Shown here piece after piece: positions 10,386 through 23,694 of a DNA stretch of 64,000 nucleotides (positions are counted from its first letter, which is position 1; each line of letters begins with the position of its first letter). Source of the stretch: Callorhinchus milii (lineage: Eukaryota). The stretch covers positions 7,688,001-7,752,000 of the forward strand of contig NW_024704764.1 in NCBI RefSeq assembly GCF_018977255.1, written 5' to 3'. The notes beneath the pieces are model-generated. The model was not told the DNA's origin, did not search any database, and saw only the letters and a list, made by a program, of their open reading frames with translations. Made by a program: the position numbers and the translations under genes.

Positions 10386-13300
10386 GTATGACGGCGCTGA
10401 GAGAGCGAGAGCGGAAAATCTTGTCAATGTGCCGTTAAAAAAAAAGGGGGTAAATTTGAGGAGGAGGAAGGGGGGGCAAACTCCCCCCTAACTGGCGGGG
10501 GGGGGGAGGGAGGAGGGGGGAAGAGAGAAGTGTGACTGGTTCCCATCCACCGAGGGCAGAAACAACCCTCTTACATGTAAGTTTAAGGTTTTTTTTAACC
10601 CCCCCCCCCCACCACCATCACCACATCCACCTCCTCTCACCCCCCCCCCCACCCCCTGTTTCCCCCCCTCCCCCCCTTTTATGTTCCTATTCTGTTTAAA
10701 CCTTATTGTCCCTTAGTTCTGTAGGTTGAACTGTGTGTTTCTTGTTTTTTCTTTCCATTGGTTTTTAATTCTATATATAATAACCATATAATATATGTAT
10801 GTGCAAGTGTGGGTTATGTAACACTTTAGGATAGTACAATTATGTAATGAATGATATATATATACACACATACACACACACACACTATGTATAAATACCT
10901 GTATGGTGCTTTGATGCATTACAAGTCAAAGTGCATTTCATTTTTATTTTAATGGATGTTTTGTGAATGTGATGGAGGGGCAGAAAATTCTGCTAGAAAT
11001 GTTAAGTTGTAACTGTTGAAGTTCTTTCACTGTTTTTAATTTAAAAAATACTACCCCCCCCACCATACACATTTGTACTGGTGTTCATGATCTGCAGTAA
11101 AGAGTTGCTAGACAATAAGTTGTTCCTTTATGGGTGTAAAATTGTTTTACAGTTGTGTCTTTTTTTTGTGTGGGGGGTGACTGTTCGTACTTGAAGTGTT
11201 GCATGAAGCTCACCTCTACTGCATCAATGATCTTGGTTGCTGTACTGAATTCTACCACTGAAAATGTGCTGAATGCAGAAGGCTTTTACCTTGTAGTCGT
11301 GAATTGGCTGATACGTTTGCGTGATGTGTAGAATAATGGGTGACTTTCTGAGTGTTACAGAGCAGTAGTCCCTTGAGTTATCTGGAGGTTAAAACAAGTC
11401 AGGATAGTGAAACACACACATCTCATCTGTGTCCTGAATCTGAAATGTTGCAGCATTGGAAGTGGCTCCTAGCTCTTAGTTCTTCCTTATAATAAGAACA
11501 AATCAAATGATCAGAAGAGGAATTGAGCTGAGTGTGCAAGTTGGCAGGTACGAATTGAAAGCTTATTAAGTAATTTAAATTGATGTGATGTGAAGGTTTA
11601 TTTGATTGTTTAGGATAGGAAAATTGTGTGCCTTGTACAACTGTTTTGAAGCACCTTTTCACAATTTGACTATTAATCTAATTTTTATGCTGGAAATGTG
11701 ATGTAATATCACTAATTTCCATTATTGATTTTGAGTCTAAAAAGCAAAAATACCTTTAAAATAATTGAACTGGAGTGAGTCTAGGTGGGAGTCGGATGAT
11801 GTGTTGGGGGATGTAGACTATACTGTACAATTTATGCCATTTAAGATATTTTTAATTTGATGCCAAGTGTGTGCATATTTTTTTGGTTATGCCTGTGTGC
11901 CCTCATTTGAGGGCACATTTCAGTGTGCCCTCATTTGTAGTTAAAATGAAGTGCACATAATTTTATAAAAGTAAATTGGGAATAATATCTTAATCAAATA
12001 AGCCCATTATGTATGCAGAATAAAACATTATACATATTTGATGATTGCATGTTACTTAACTCTCAAGCTTTGCTACTGAAAGCAGGTGACATTAGATAAA
12101 CCCCAGAGCTCTTATTAATATTCATAAGATCAACCCTACTGTTTTTGTTAAGGTATTCTAGGTAAGTGAATATTGAGCAGCCAAGCTATGATATGTGTAG
12201 GACATTATAACTAAACAATTATTCAAAATACGAACAAGCATAACTATTAACATTCATTGTGTTTCTGACTCATTCATGAGTTTAAATCTCTGCTTTCCTA
12301 TTTGTCTTTCACTGCTGACTGCTAAAGACACAGGGGGGCTGCTTTTTATATAAAACTGAGACTTGTGAACTGACTTTGCATTGTCAATGTTGTTCTGAAT
12401 CGAATATTTAAAGCCAATCAGCTTCATTAGTGTGTTTCTATTTGTGAAATTTTCTACTGAGGTGCTTAAAAGGGCTGTGAACATGAATTATGCCTGGCAG
12501 TAACATCATATTGGATGACTCACACACAGCACAGTACCTGTGACTTGATAAGTCTGTTTCTATTCTTTATCAGCAGCTCAAGTGTGTTAATATTTTATTC
12601 AAAGGGAGACTTGGTGGAGGAAAGCATACTGTATCAGGACTAATCTACAGTTCTTGCTCTTTAAATTTGCACACAAGTATTTAAAACTTGAATCTTGTTT
12701 GTTGAACATTGTTAAATTTGCTGTCAGAGTAGCTGAAAGTATTCTAGTAATTAATTATTTGTTGTGACCTGACTGTTAACCTATGCATTGTAGAAATGTA
12801 CCACACCTTTTAATGCTGTTCTTCTAACCTTTTCAATTAGTTCTTTCATGCTGCACAATTGAGCACTTCTGTACAGTTGCACTTCAAATTTCAAATTGGT
12901 GCTTTTACTCTGCATGTTAATTTTGCTTAACCTGGCGACAGCTACTGTAAACAGAGCTTAAAGATTTTTCTAGCCCTCGGTAGCAAACCCTAATGCTTGA
13001 TCACTACTATATTTGTAAGCTTGTTTTTGCACCTTTCTAATAATTCATTTTTGTCATCATTCATTAAAGTAAGCTGTTCTGTCCACTGAGTGAAGATATA
13101 CCATTATTCTGCCAGGATTCACTCATGAGTCATCTAGTAACATTTTAACTTGGGGGCGAGCTATTGAACAACTGACCTGAGAAATGTCGATGGGCTTGAA
13201 AGTCTAAACTAACCTTCAAAGCTCCGTTCTGACATATTTCTGTTTTCATGATCGTGCTTTTCAGTTGAATGGTTTTAATTTCTAGTCCTTTATCTTCAGC

Positions 13301-15274
13301 CACAATCTCACTTGCTGTGGTAACAACTTCAGCATTTTGTTGGTTCAAAGCCTGAGAATATTGGCTTTATCAGAGCAACCTTGTTGTCTGCACCTTTTTA
13401 ATATTTATGTATGTTTGGTCTGCTGGAAAATTAAACACTTCTTGCTTTTGGTATCTAAGGCAGCATTAATGCTATTAGACAGAGTATAACTAGGACGATA
13501 TGCTGTACAAAACATTTACTCAACTTTGACGCAGCAATACACCCAAATCCCAATCTCCCTTCTGCACCAGAGTGAATTCTATTTTCCATTTCCCACATTC
13601 AGCTTTTGTTGATTTGACTTGCCTCTTGATTTTTCTTTCCCTACCTGTGAAAAATCATTTAGACTCAACTTGTGCCTCTGTTGACAACCAAAGCAAAACC
13701 AGAAACTGGCTCTGTGAGTGTCTGTATGAAAAATTGCTGAAGCAAACCTGCCTTAGCCATTGGTTACCCAGATTTGAATTAAAAGCAGCAAACTCATTTC
13801 AGATAATTAAAAAAAAAGTTGCAGCATATTATTACGATGGATTTTGTAATTTAATAAGATTAGCATTTGAAAAATTAGAAACTAGTTAACTGAATTCCTT
13901 TCAAGAACTCTTTGGTTCCTTTATTAATTGGATACCAACAGGTGTACACGTGGAATTAGGAGGAAACAAAACTTTTACAGTATAGATTATTTCTAGAAAT
14001 ATTTGAAATGTGAGTTGTTATAGTTTTCAGAGTGACTGAAGACTTTCTGTGTGAAGGTATTAACCAATGTTCACAGATTTAAAACCCTGTTTGTAATATT
14101 TTCGAATCATTTTCAACTATTCATAAACTTAGATTCTTAGATGCTATAAATGACCACTTAGCAGAATTCCACCACATTTTAGTGGCTTTCGAGGAATGTC
14201 TGACCCAAGCTTCCCCACGCCAACAGTTTAGGAATCTGAGAATATGAGGTAGAAGTGGATGAAAGCAACTTTTACATTCTAATTTTGCTCAGAATTGCAA
14301 TTTATCTTCCATTTTCCCTTCTTCAAATCACTTGTTTATTCATACTTAAATTCAGCCTCATGGGAAATATAATGCACAGCATAGAAGATGTTTCTGCTTT
14401 ATTTACAACTTATTTTGCAGTTCATTAAGTCAATATAGTTAAACAAGTCCACTTCTACTCGCCAAAAAATATTTCTGGCAACAAGTCTCCTAAGCTAAAT
14501 ACAGAGATTAGATTTCAAGTAGTTTGAAGCAAAAAAAATTGATGATATTCCTGACAACCGTGTATTGTAGTGTACTTTGTGGTGTAAATTCTACTGTACA
14601 GTAATTAATTGACTGTGCATTGGTAAAGTCAATGTTGCAGAATATGAAAAGATTTTGTGCTGGATGATGGTGGAGAAGTTGTGAAATCCTTCTGACCCTA
14701 TCCACGTGATAGGTAGGGACTAGCTGAGTGATTTGTGATCGATCAACATGTACAAATGCACATTTCAGAATTAAATTGAGAACATTGATCCTGGCCGACC
14801 AAGATATAGCATTTGTGTGCCAGAGCACCTCAAAAGCTCATCTTTGGTGTTAAACTGTCAATGGGAGCTGTTCATTGCTAAATTTTTGAACAGTTTATTT
14901 TGAACCCTGAGTATGTTACAGCGCTGAACATGCTCCCAGGCGACATCTGTTTTCTATATATTGTGATCTTTTCGAGCTTTCCGATTTCAATATTGAAAGT
15001 TGTATCATTTCATTGTTACAGTAGATACTCCTGTATTTTGCCATATGGCTCTGTGCCACTTGACACAAAAGATAGTGCGCGGTATTATGTTGACCAGTGT
15101 TAAACTTAGATGGGCAACTGACAAAACCAAGAATGTTGCTGAGAAGCATTTTTTTTAAAAAAAATGATGGCTAAACATTTTTATATGCATAAATTGATGA
15201 TTTAACTGAATAAAAGGGTGCATTGAGCTACTGTAAAAAAATGAATTTTGTTTTCAGTTTCTCTCCTTAAGGGA

Positions 15275-15440
15275 GGTGATTCATGATGAGGTGCCGTTCC
15301 ATAAGTGCTCGTACTCCGTTAGTACTTTGGCCAAATAGCGAATGCCAGCAGGATATTCAATTGAACTAGAGTGAAGGCAAACTCAGTTAAGTCCAATTCT
15401 TTCCTTGCTTGATGTCCACTTGAATTCTTTCCACTATGTT
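15275..15440 (-). mobile_element. LF-SINE-like ancient SINE fragment
   Basis: The minus strand (gtggacatcaagcaaggaaagaat...gaatatcctgctggcattc...atggaacggcacctcatcatgaatca) is colinear with the remembered LF-SINE 3' half. Confidence 0.55.
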
Positions 15441-17879
15441 CTGGTGAAAATACCATGCAAGATTAATAAGTGGAAGAAATCCACATGATTTCTTGCATTT
15501 GCTCACTTGAATACTTTATAACCAATCTCTGAACCTTGAATGTGGGATTGTAGCCTCAAAATTGCACCCCTGGTATACGTTATTGTTATAATATGCGCTG
15601 TTTATTTTTATATGGTTATTTTATTCATTTTTTTTGTGTTGACATTGGTGAAAGGAATGGATACCAAATCTGTCCTTGGTATGCGAAGTTACATTTTATA
15701 ATGTTTTAAATGTCATCATGCTTCTTGTTTGTTCATTTTGTTTACTTTCCTGGGCTGGCATACCTTCAAATATCTGCAATTAACATTGTAACCATACAAG
15801 GAGGTGCCAAAGTTCAGTAAGTTGATATCGGTCTGATTTTTGTGTTTTTAAAACAAAAGCTCTTTTCTCCCCCTCCGCATTCCCTGAACCCGTGGGACTG
15901 CAATTTGGATTTGTTTTGGTTTTTCTCCTATTCTCGATATTCCAAATGTTTTTGACCTTGCCAAACTAATTAGGATCCTGAAGGTTGTCATTGATGTTGC
16001 AAGAACTTTGTATAAATAAACCACTGTTTTTCCATCTGCAGGTGTGATATCAAGTGTTTCTATTTTCCTGAGTTCAAACACTAAGATGATGTTAATTTTT
16101 TAACACTGCAGTATAGCCGGCAGATAAATCTTTGAATCCTCGCAAAGAATGCCCCGAAACATCTTCCTTTGGCTTTACAGTCATTTCCACTGGTATTCTG
16201 CTTCAGAGTTCTTATTCTGTTGGATTTTTTTTAAATTAAAAAAAAATGGTCTACATGGGGAGCAAAAAGGAAGATAACATTGGGAATTTTTTGAGTTGCT
16301 TTGTTTTCTAGAATAATTGTAACCAAGATCAGTGTTATCTTATCAAATAATTTAACTGAAGCACTTTTTGAATTGTCTACTTTGTTAATAGGCCATGAGA
16401 AGTTGTTTTCTAGATATATTTTCCATGGATGAAAACTTGTTTTGAAATAGAACAAAAACATCTTCCAAGGAAATGGAAATAAATATGCAATCTGAGGAGG
16501 AGGAGTGTGGAAACAGTTACTATTGTGATGATTTCCGTCATTGAATGAATTGCCTGTGGTTGGATGAAAATAGATAAGGAAGCAAAGAAACAATAAACTG
16601 TGGATGCTACAATAGCTGTTAAACAAATATTCTGATATAGAAATGACGGAGGATTCTTAGATTAACGAAACCTTAAACCAGTTTAGAAAATGGGTCAACG
16701 TGTGCTTTGTTCTGAAATTGTAATTTTACTATTACTCTTTATATTGCACTTTCATTTGAAACAAAACCTTTTCATATTTAGTCACATTCTAACTGCTTTG
16801 TATCAGTTGTTATTGTTTGCTACAGCCTTTTCGAGAAGAATGCAATTTTATATTGTATCATAATTTCCAAACTTGAAATTAACCCAGAGTGGCTAGATCA
16901 AGATTAGTGGGTCAGTGGCGGTGGGAAAATAAGTGGTTTAAGCGTATTTTAAGTGATTTTTTTTCTTGAAACATTGGCAAACTCTGACAGACGTGAGTGT
17001 TTGCAATCTTTTCTTGGGCTCTGTGATTACCTTGGTGAATTCAGAAGAGTTAAAAACAAAGGCATATTGGGCAACTCAACTGAACAATCTCAAATTTCAT
17101 CTGGACAGCACGGTGGGGTGAGAGTCTGCTCGTGGGCTGCAGGTTTCGGAACAGGGTGCTGCTCTCAATACATAGTGGCAATTTTAGGAGAGATCACAAG
17201 AATGAATGGCTGGTGTAGCAAGTGAAAAAATGCAGTGAATTTGAGGCTGACGCATTTTTGCGGCACAGTAGAGGTAGCTTTATTTTGTATCTGTTCAGTG
17301 ATGCCTCGTTTGCTCTTGTCTGAAATGCAAAGATATATTTCAGTGAAAACTTAGCGCCAACCAGGAGGCAATGACTGTCGGCGTTTTATCCACTGAAAGG
17401 GTTTCGTTGAAATTAATTATGCTTTACTATTCAGATCTTTAATGCTGAGAATTTTATCTTTTGCTAATGGTAAGCCTTTTTAAAGCATATTTGAATAATT
17501 AACTTGTGTACAGTAGGTTTTCAAGTTTTACCTCGAGTGACATGAAAGTAAATAAACATACAATTGAATATCATTTTTTTAAGGTGGACTGAAGTCTCTC
17601 GTTTCTTTTCCCAGTTCTGGTTAATGTTTTTCACAGTTAATAGATTAATTTATGTGCCTTTCTGAAGCAGTAATCTATTTATATTAATTGTCAGATTAAA
17701 GCGTTCAATGTTCAAACAAAACCATGCAAATTGCCTTCTGTCTTATTGGTTTCTACTCTGTCCAGCTGTTTTTTGGGGTGTTCAGATAAATTTGAGGCAG
17801 CACATTTCGCTTTGGTTAGTTTAACATTGTTTTATTCTCAAGACAATGTGTTCACTTAAAGAGTAACTTTTTGTTGAGC

Positions 17880-18200
17880 CATCTCTTTATTTTAGATTTG
17901 ACATTAACAAGCAGTCAGGAATACTTTTACTTCCCACACTGGAACCAGCCTTGTTGCTTTCTTCTTCATTGTCTTTTGAAGCTGGGAAGCCAAGTTGTGT
18001 TACAGCGACCAGAACAGTCCCTGACGAAAGTACTGTACAGATTTATCATGATTTCTGAGAATTTGAACCCTTCTGATTTGGCAGTAGTTATCCTAACATC
18101 ATGTTTATCTTGGTTATTGTTGCTTCATACTATTTGGACATGCTGAGGACTGAATCAAATCACTGGATTTTTTATTATCCATGGATTTTTTTGCATCTAA
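17880..18200 (-). mobile_element. Highly decayed CR1-like RT fragment
   Basis: Resembles reverse-strand CR1 ORF2 3' sequence; recognised by eye only. Confidence 0.35.
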
Positions 18201-18359
18201 CTTTCTTCCTACAAATTGGAACCCTTTAGACGATGCTGCATAAGTAATGGCGATCTCTGGTTCTTTAGTTGCTGTGGCCTGAGTGTTCTCGGAGCCCATG
18301 CCGGCAGTCAGGCCTACATGGTGAAGAACTTACCCCAAATGCAGCAAAACTCTCGTGCA

Positions 18360-18547
18360 TGCATTTGTCACCTCCCACTTGGATTACTCAAACGCACTCC
18401 TCCCGGCCTCCCCAGCTCCACCATTCAAAAGATCTAACTCATTCAGAACTCTGCTGCCTGGACCAAACTCCGTACCCATATCTCATAGCGCTCTGAGACA
18501 CTACCCTGTGTGAAGGGCGCTATGTAAGTGCAAGCGTTGTTGTTGTA
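18360..18547 (+). mobile_element. Short deleted L2 fragment with (GTT)n tail
   Basis: gcatttgtcacctcccacttggattac...cagaactctgctgcc...gggcgctatgtaagtgcaagcgttgttgttg. Confidence 0.75.
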
Positions 18548-20750
18548 GAGCTGCTTCTACCACAGGTGGAGTCCTTCTGCTCAAGATACATATTATTTTG
18601 TTTATTGTCGAGTGCAGAACCGTAGACTTTCTTAAGGCTTGTGAAACTTTCAAACAACAGCAGCGGTTCTCTGTCACCTCTGCTCAAAAGACTCCAGCCT
18701 AACCCTTATTCTTGTATTTGGGATCCAACATTACCTTTTCATTGCAGCAGAAAGAGCATTGGCTGGCATCACTGACCATAGGTGGTGGTGTTGGTTTCCA
18801 ATTAGTAAGCTAATGTGCAGACAATATGAGCTGCTTATTATCTTGCAATTGTCTATTGACTGGTAATCTAAGCGTGGATCCTCCATATGATGTGGAACTT
18901 GAGGTTGAGTAGTTTGAATGATTGCTCCAAACAAGCATACCAACATCCTTTTTAAAGTATAAATGTCATCATCCCTTAGCAGGGTTTTCTGTTCTTCAGA
19001 ACTGGCCTCTTCACAGCAGTGATGTCTGTTCACTACTAGTGCATGGCACTTCATCAATCCAACCAACCTTTTTTCCAATCTAGATATTTCTGGTCTTAAA
19101 AACCATGTGTGCCAGGGTAGATGGTGGCTTCAGTGGTGTAGCTTGTTGCTCTTGTTGATCAGTTGCTTCTGTATAAAAAGCAACAGATCAACTGCCCTTC
19201 TGTATTAAAAGATTGTGCGTTATCATTAGGTGAGCTCACATATCGATTTGAGTGTTCTGCATTGTTACAATAATGCAGTGTGTACTCATATTTCCATTAG
19301 CCAAAATAAACCATTACTCTATATTTCCTCGTAGTGAAAGTCAAGCAGGCACTCCTGACCAAAAAGTTAATCATTTTTTTCCCCCTCAATGCTTAAAGTC
19401 CAGGGCAATGCCGTTCTGTTGTTGCAACCTTGCATTGCATGACAGCTTTGCCTGTCCTATGGACATAGACTGTTTGAGACCATTCATTTGGATCCTGGGT
19501 CATTCATCTATGGCAGTCGGACTCCCCTCCTGACATGTTCATTGTACTGTGAATTACCCTGCTGTTCGTGGTTTTGGTGTCCCTGCCTGCATTATTAATA
19601 ACATTTTTCTGTAAGAGCTTTTTAATCATTGATCGATTTTTAGAAGCATCTGTCCATATTTGTAGATGTTGTGCGGTCCTACTAAGCAACAATAGTTAAC
19701 GCTGTACCATGGTGCAGATCATACAACTTCTCCTGTGCCTCCAGCCAGGCTCTTTGCACAAGTCGGACTGTCTTGACTTTGGCTGTATGGTTTTCGAAGT
19801 GAAATGCAAAGCAAAATATTTTTGGGCAGATATTTTATCTGGGGTGGTGGGGGGGGTGTGGGGTGGGTCCTTGAAGAGATTTCTTGGATGGCCAAACAGC
19901 AATAGTCAAGAGTAAACAATAAACTGCAAGATGCCAAAACTGTTCGAGGCTATTCATCTGGCTACTTTGCGAGCATTTGTTACATACGGATTCTGGATTT
20001 CCATTGTGGCCACCTCTAATAAATCCAGATATTAAGTGATGTGCCAAGAGATTGCATCATTGCTTAACTATGTCAGTGTAGTAATTAATAAGATTTATTC
20101 GTACTCAAAATATTATTCTTTTACCCTCTGCTTATTCACTGAACTTTTCCTAAGGTCTGTAATGTTTATCGTTTACTTCTGGAGGGAAATTGTAGATGTC
20201 TCTGGATACTGAAGTAAGAAAATCATCTTGGCTGTTCAATGCTTCACAGAGCCAGATGGCTTCAGTGGCTAATGATGCCTTATGCATGCACTGAGACTTA
20301 GCCCTGATGGATAGATACTTGCAGGGTAACATCAGGCGGGGCTGATGTCACCTTGTTAAGGAACTGCCTTGTCAGACACTCTGCTGGCATAGATGGTGAT
20401 TCTGGCTTAAGATCAGGACAGTGATTGCACTGTCCTACTTTCAGAATCATGCCTCTGTGAAATACACCTTTGGAAAGCTAAGTATCATGCTAGCATATTT
20501 CTGGAGAAATTTCTCACTGCCAACTTTGATACTTCGGTGATTTGTTTTTTTGCTGAATTGGCTTCATCCTGGAGTTGGTTAAGTGAAATTAAAATATTTT
20601 GAGACTGAATTATCTTTTAATTTAAAAGGCGTTCCAGAAATAGAAATTTAAAAATAAGCTAGCACTAGAACAATGCACATTTAAAATCTTTTAATGGTAC
20701 CTAATTTTAGTTTTAATATTTTTAATTGCCAATATTTGCATATTTTGAGT

Positions 20751-21200
20751 GGAGTCCTATAGTGTATTGGTTAGAGCACTCGCTTCAAAAATGAGTGGAC
20801 CTATCTTCGATTCCCAGGCAGGATGAAACGTTAGGCAAGCTTTCTTCACATGTTTCTGTTTACTTAGCAGTAAGTAGGAACCTGGTTGTTAATTGATTGA
20901 CGGATGGCTTTTCTGGGGGTAATAATTCCTTCAAAAAAAATAATAATTCTACCTTGGCTACTTCAAATCACAACTATTTATGGAGCACTGCTGTGCTGGG
21001 TTGTAATTCTCCAAAATTCAGATGATCTTAAATTATTGGGCACATCACTCAGTTGATTGGCTGCTACATTTCGCCTACAAAATATACAGGCAGTTTACTA
21101 TTTTACTAGTTTACTACTCACACTATATTCTGTGAAGCACTTTGAGACGTCTTGAAGACATAATAAGGTGTTCTATCAAATGCAAGATTATTATTACTAT
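20751..21200 (+). mobile_element. Full-length tRNA-derived SINE carrying a ~57-bp foreign insert
   Basis: Family head and tail are present; the insert at ~20997-21055 splits ctgtgc/attggctgc. Confidence 0.85.
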
Positions 21201-22904
21201 TAATATTAATCCCATCCTAGATCCAAACTTTTTAAACTAAAGATGCTGAAGTTCAAGCATCTTCAATATGGAACATTTGTTATGCATCCTGAGTACTTTG
21301 AAGTACAGTTCTGAAAAGTGCAAAGTTAATAATAACTCACCATTTGAATGCTGGGAAGTTTATTTAACTCTCATTTTAGTTTGTTCTTAAAAGCAAGATT
21401 TACTATTACTGGTACGTAAAATGGCTGGTGTCAATATTTCATCAAATTACAAGATAATTACATGAATAGATCTGTCATTGGTTGTATACGTTCTATCATT
21501 TGAGATGCCTTTTGGCTTTGTGTATGATAGATACATTAGCAAGCCACAGTTTGTGTATTAGAGCTACTTCATCAACTGTTGGGAGTTAATGTTAAAAGTA
21601 TAAACGTTATCGGCTACCATTACAGAATAATACACCCGCTGATGCTTGTGCTAGCACTGACTGAAAGCTAAATTGACACCTCTTCAGTTAGATTGCATTC
21701 ACTATATTAATTAAACTAATAGTTTCTTTCACATTCCACCAAAATGAACCGCTAACAAAGATAATTTTTAGAAAAAAATGAATTCGGAGATATCTTAAAG
21801 GTTGAATTTTTTTCTTTTTAAAAATACTTCTAAATAACTGCAATAATACTCATTTTATGTCGGAAATTCCACTTTAATTGTTGTAATGCAGAAAAATAGG
21901 TTTGAATCACTCAATGACGAATGGATGAGCATCTGCAGAATTCGGTCAACAAAAACATTTGGGAGGCTTGGGAGTGGGGGAGAGAGGATGAAAACAGTAG
22001 CATCTCTGTTTCAGTATCATGAATGAACACAGTCTGAGCGCATTCTTCCATCTGAATTAACTACATTGTTGGACAGATCCATTGGAGCAAGGAAAGTGGA
22101 TTAGATATCAGCTGGCCACTCTGTGGTCAATGTTTTGAAGTACATATAAAGGGTATAAGAACCCAAGTTCATTTATAATGCAATTGGGTGTGGACCCTGA
22201 CATCTTCTTACCTAACTATCCAAAATCCAGACATTGCACCATAGCCCCCCCCCCACTACCGCCACCCTCCTGACGGATAGCAGGAGGGTGACGGTAGTGG
22301 GGGGGGGGGGCTAGCACTTTCAGGATGGATATAATTTATCTAAATTTAATTTATCTAAATTTGCAATATTGTATTTCTTGGACCCATCACGGGAAGTGAA
22401 TACTCCTTTGTTATTTTTCTGATCAGTTGTACTCGTGACTCAGTTGTTTTTCTTGGAGAAACGAGATTGCAACATTACAAGACGAGTGCTACACTGGTAT
22501 GCCTCAATTAAGATAAGTTTACAAAAAGTACCTTTCTTCACCACAAAGTAGTAAACGGAGAGACTGGAGTGCTATCAGTACGTCCTATCAGTATTAATTA
22601 ATGCTCCGTTGCATTAAAAAGATGGACAAATACTAGATTTAGAAAATCTAATCTAAATGTTCTACAGAAAGAGATGATCAAATAATCATGGCCTTTTAGG
22701 GTGATGTTAATGTCATATGAATGCAGTTGGTCAGAGTTCAATTAGAGTTGAAATTCACTTAAAACTATTTGTTAGCATCACTTTACATTTTAGAATATTT
22801 AAATTTTTTGATTAAGCCAGCAAACTTGTTCCGGATTTCGAAAGCTCTCAAGATGATATTATAATCCTTATTGTGCTCCAAAATGTTGAGCTGTATGTCT
22901 CTTT

Positions 22905-23691
22905 CATAGAGGTGCTTTCACTTGGTGACATAATCCGCAGACATGGGGTCAACTTCCATATGTATGCGGATGATATCCAACTCTATCTTTCTGCCTCCAA
23001 CCTCAACTCCAGGAGCACTGCTGTCCTAAGACTGCCTATTGGACATCACGTCCTGGAAGAGGGCAAATTTCCTACCGTTGAATGTGAACAAGACTGAGGC
23101 CCTCCTGATTGGCTCGTGCCATCGCCTCTGTACCTCAGGCTCTGGCAGCATCAACTTCTCAACTCCTCCCTCCACAGGCTACAGATAATCCAGAATTCTG
23201 CAGCCGGTGTCCTCTCCCACACCAAACTCCGTGACTCCATCTCCTCCGTTCTCGCCCGACTCGATTGGTTCCCTATCCTTCAGAGGATCCAGTTCAAGAT
23301 CCTGGTCCTCACCTACAAAGCCCTCCATGGCCTCACCCCACCCTAACTCTGAGACCTCCTAACCCCCACCAACCCGCCCACTCCTTCCGCTCAGCCTGCT
23401 CCACGTCCTCCGACCCACCTGCCCCACCATTGACGGGAGAGCTTTCAGGCACTCTGCCCCCAACTTCTGGAATTCCATCCCTCAATCACTCCGCCTCGGC
23501 CCCTCCTTAGCCTCCTTCAAGTCCCGTCTCAAAACTCTTCTCTTCGACCATGCCATCGGTCACCCTTCCTCCCCTCCCTTCTTCCTTCCTGACCCCAGCT
23601 CGGGTCTGAAATGCTGTACATCTTGCAGCGCCTTAGGACGTTCTTCCGATGTGAAAGGCACTATACAAATGTAATCTTGTTGTTGTTGTTG
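22905..23691 (+). mobile_element. 5'-truncated, internally deleted L2 LINE
   Basis: RT motif GDIIRRHGVNFHMYADDIQLYLS, then LQIIQNSAA...QFKILVLTYKALHGL, and a (GTT)n tail at ~23678-23691. Confidence 0.9.
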
Positions 23692-23694
23692 CTT

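Larger units (their letters stand above)
9790..10520. promoter_or_regulatory. CpG-island promoter of the HDAC5-like gene
   Basis: Abrupt GC- and CpG-dense segment in an AT-rich, CpG-poor window. It contains MEF2 (9855-9864), a G-run (9882-9914), an E-box (9946-9954) and YY1 (9985-9997). Confidence 0.85.

Noticed and set aside
9765-10391. 208-aa and overlapping ORFs across the CpG island
   Set aside because: Stop-poor GC-rich and microsatellite sequence with low-complexity products; only the short uORF is kept.
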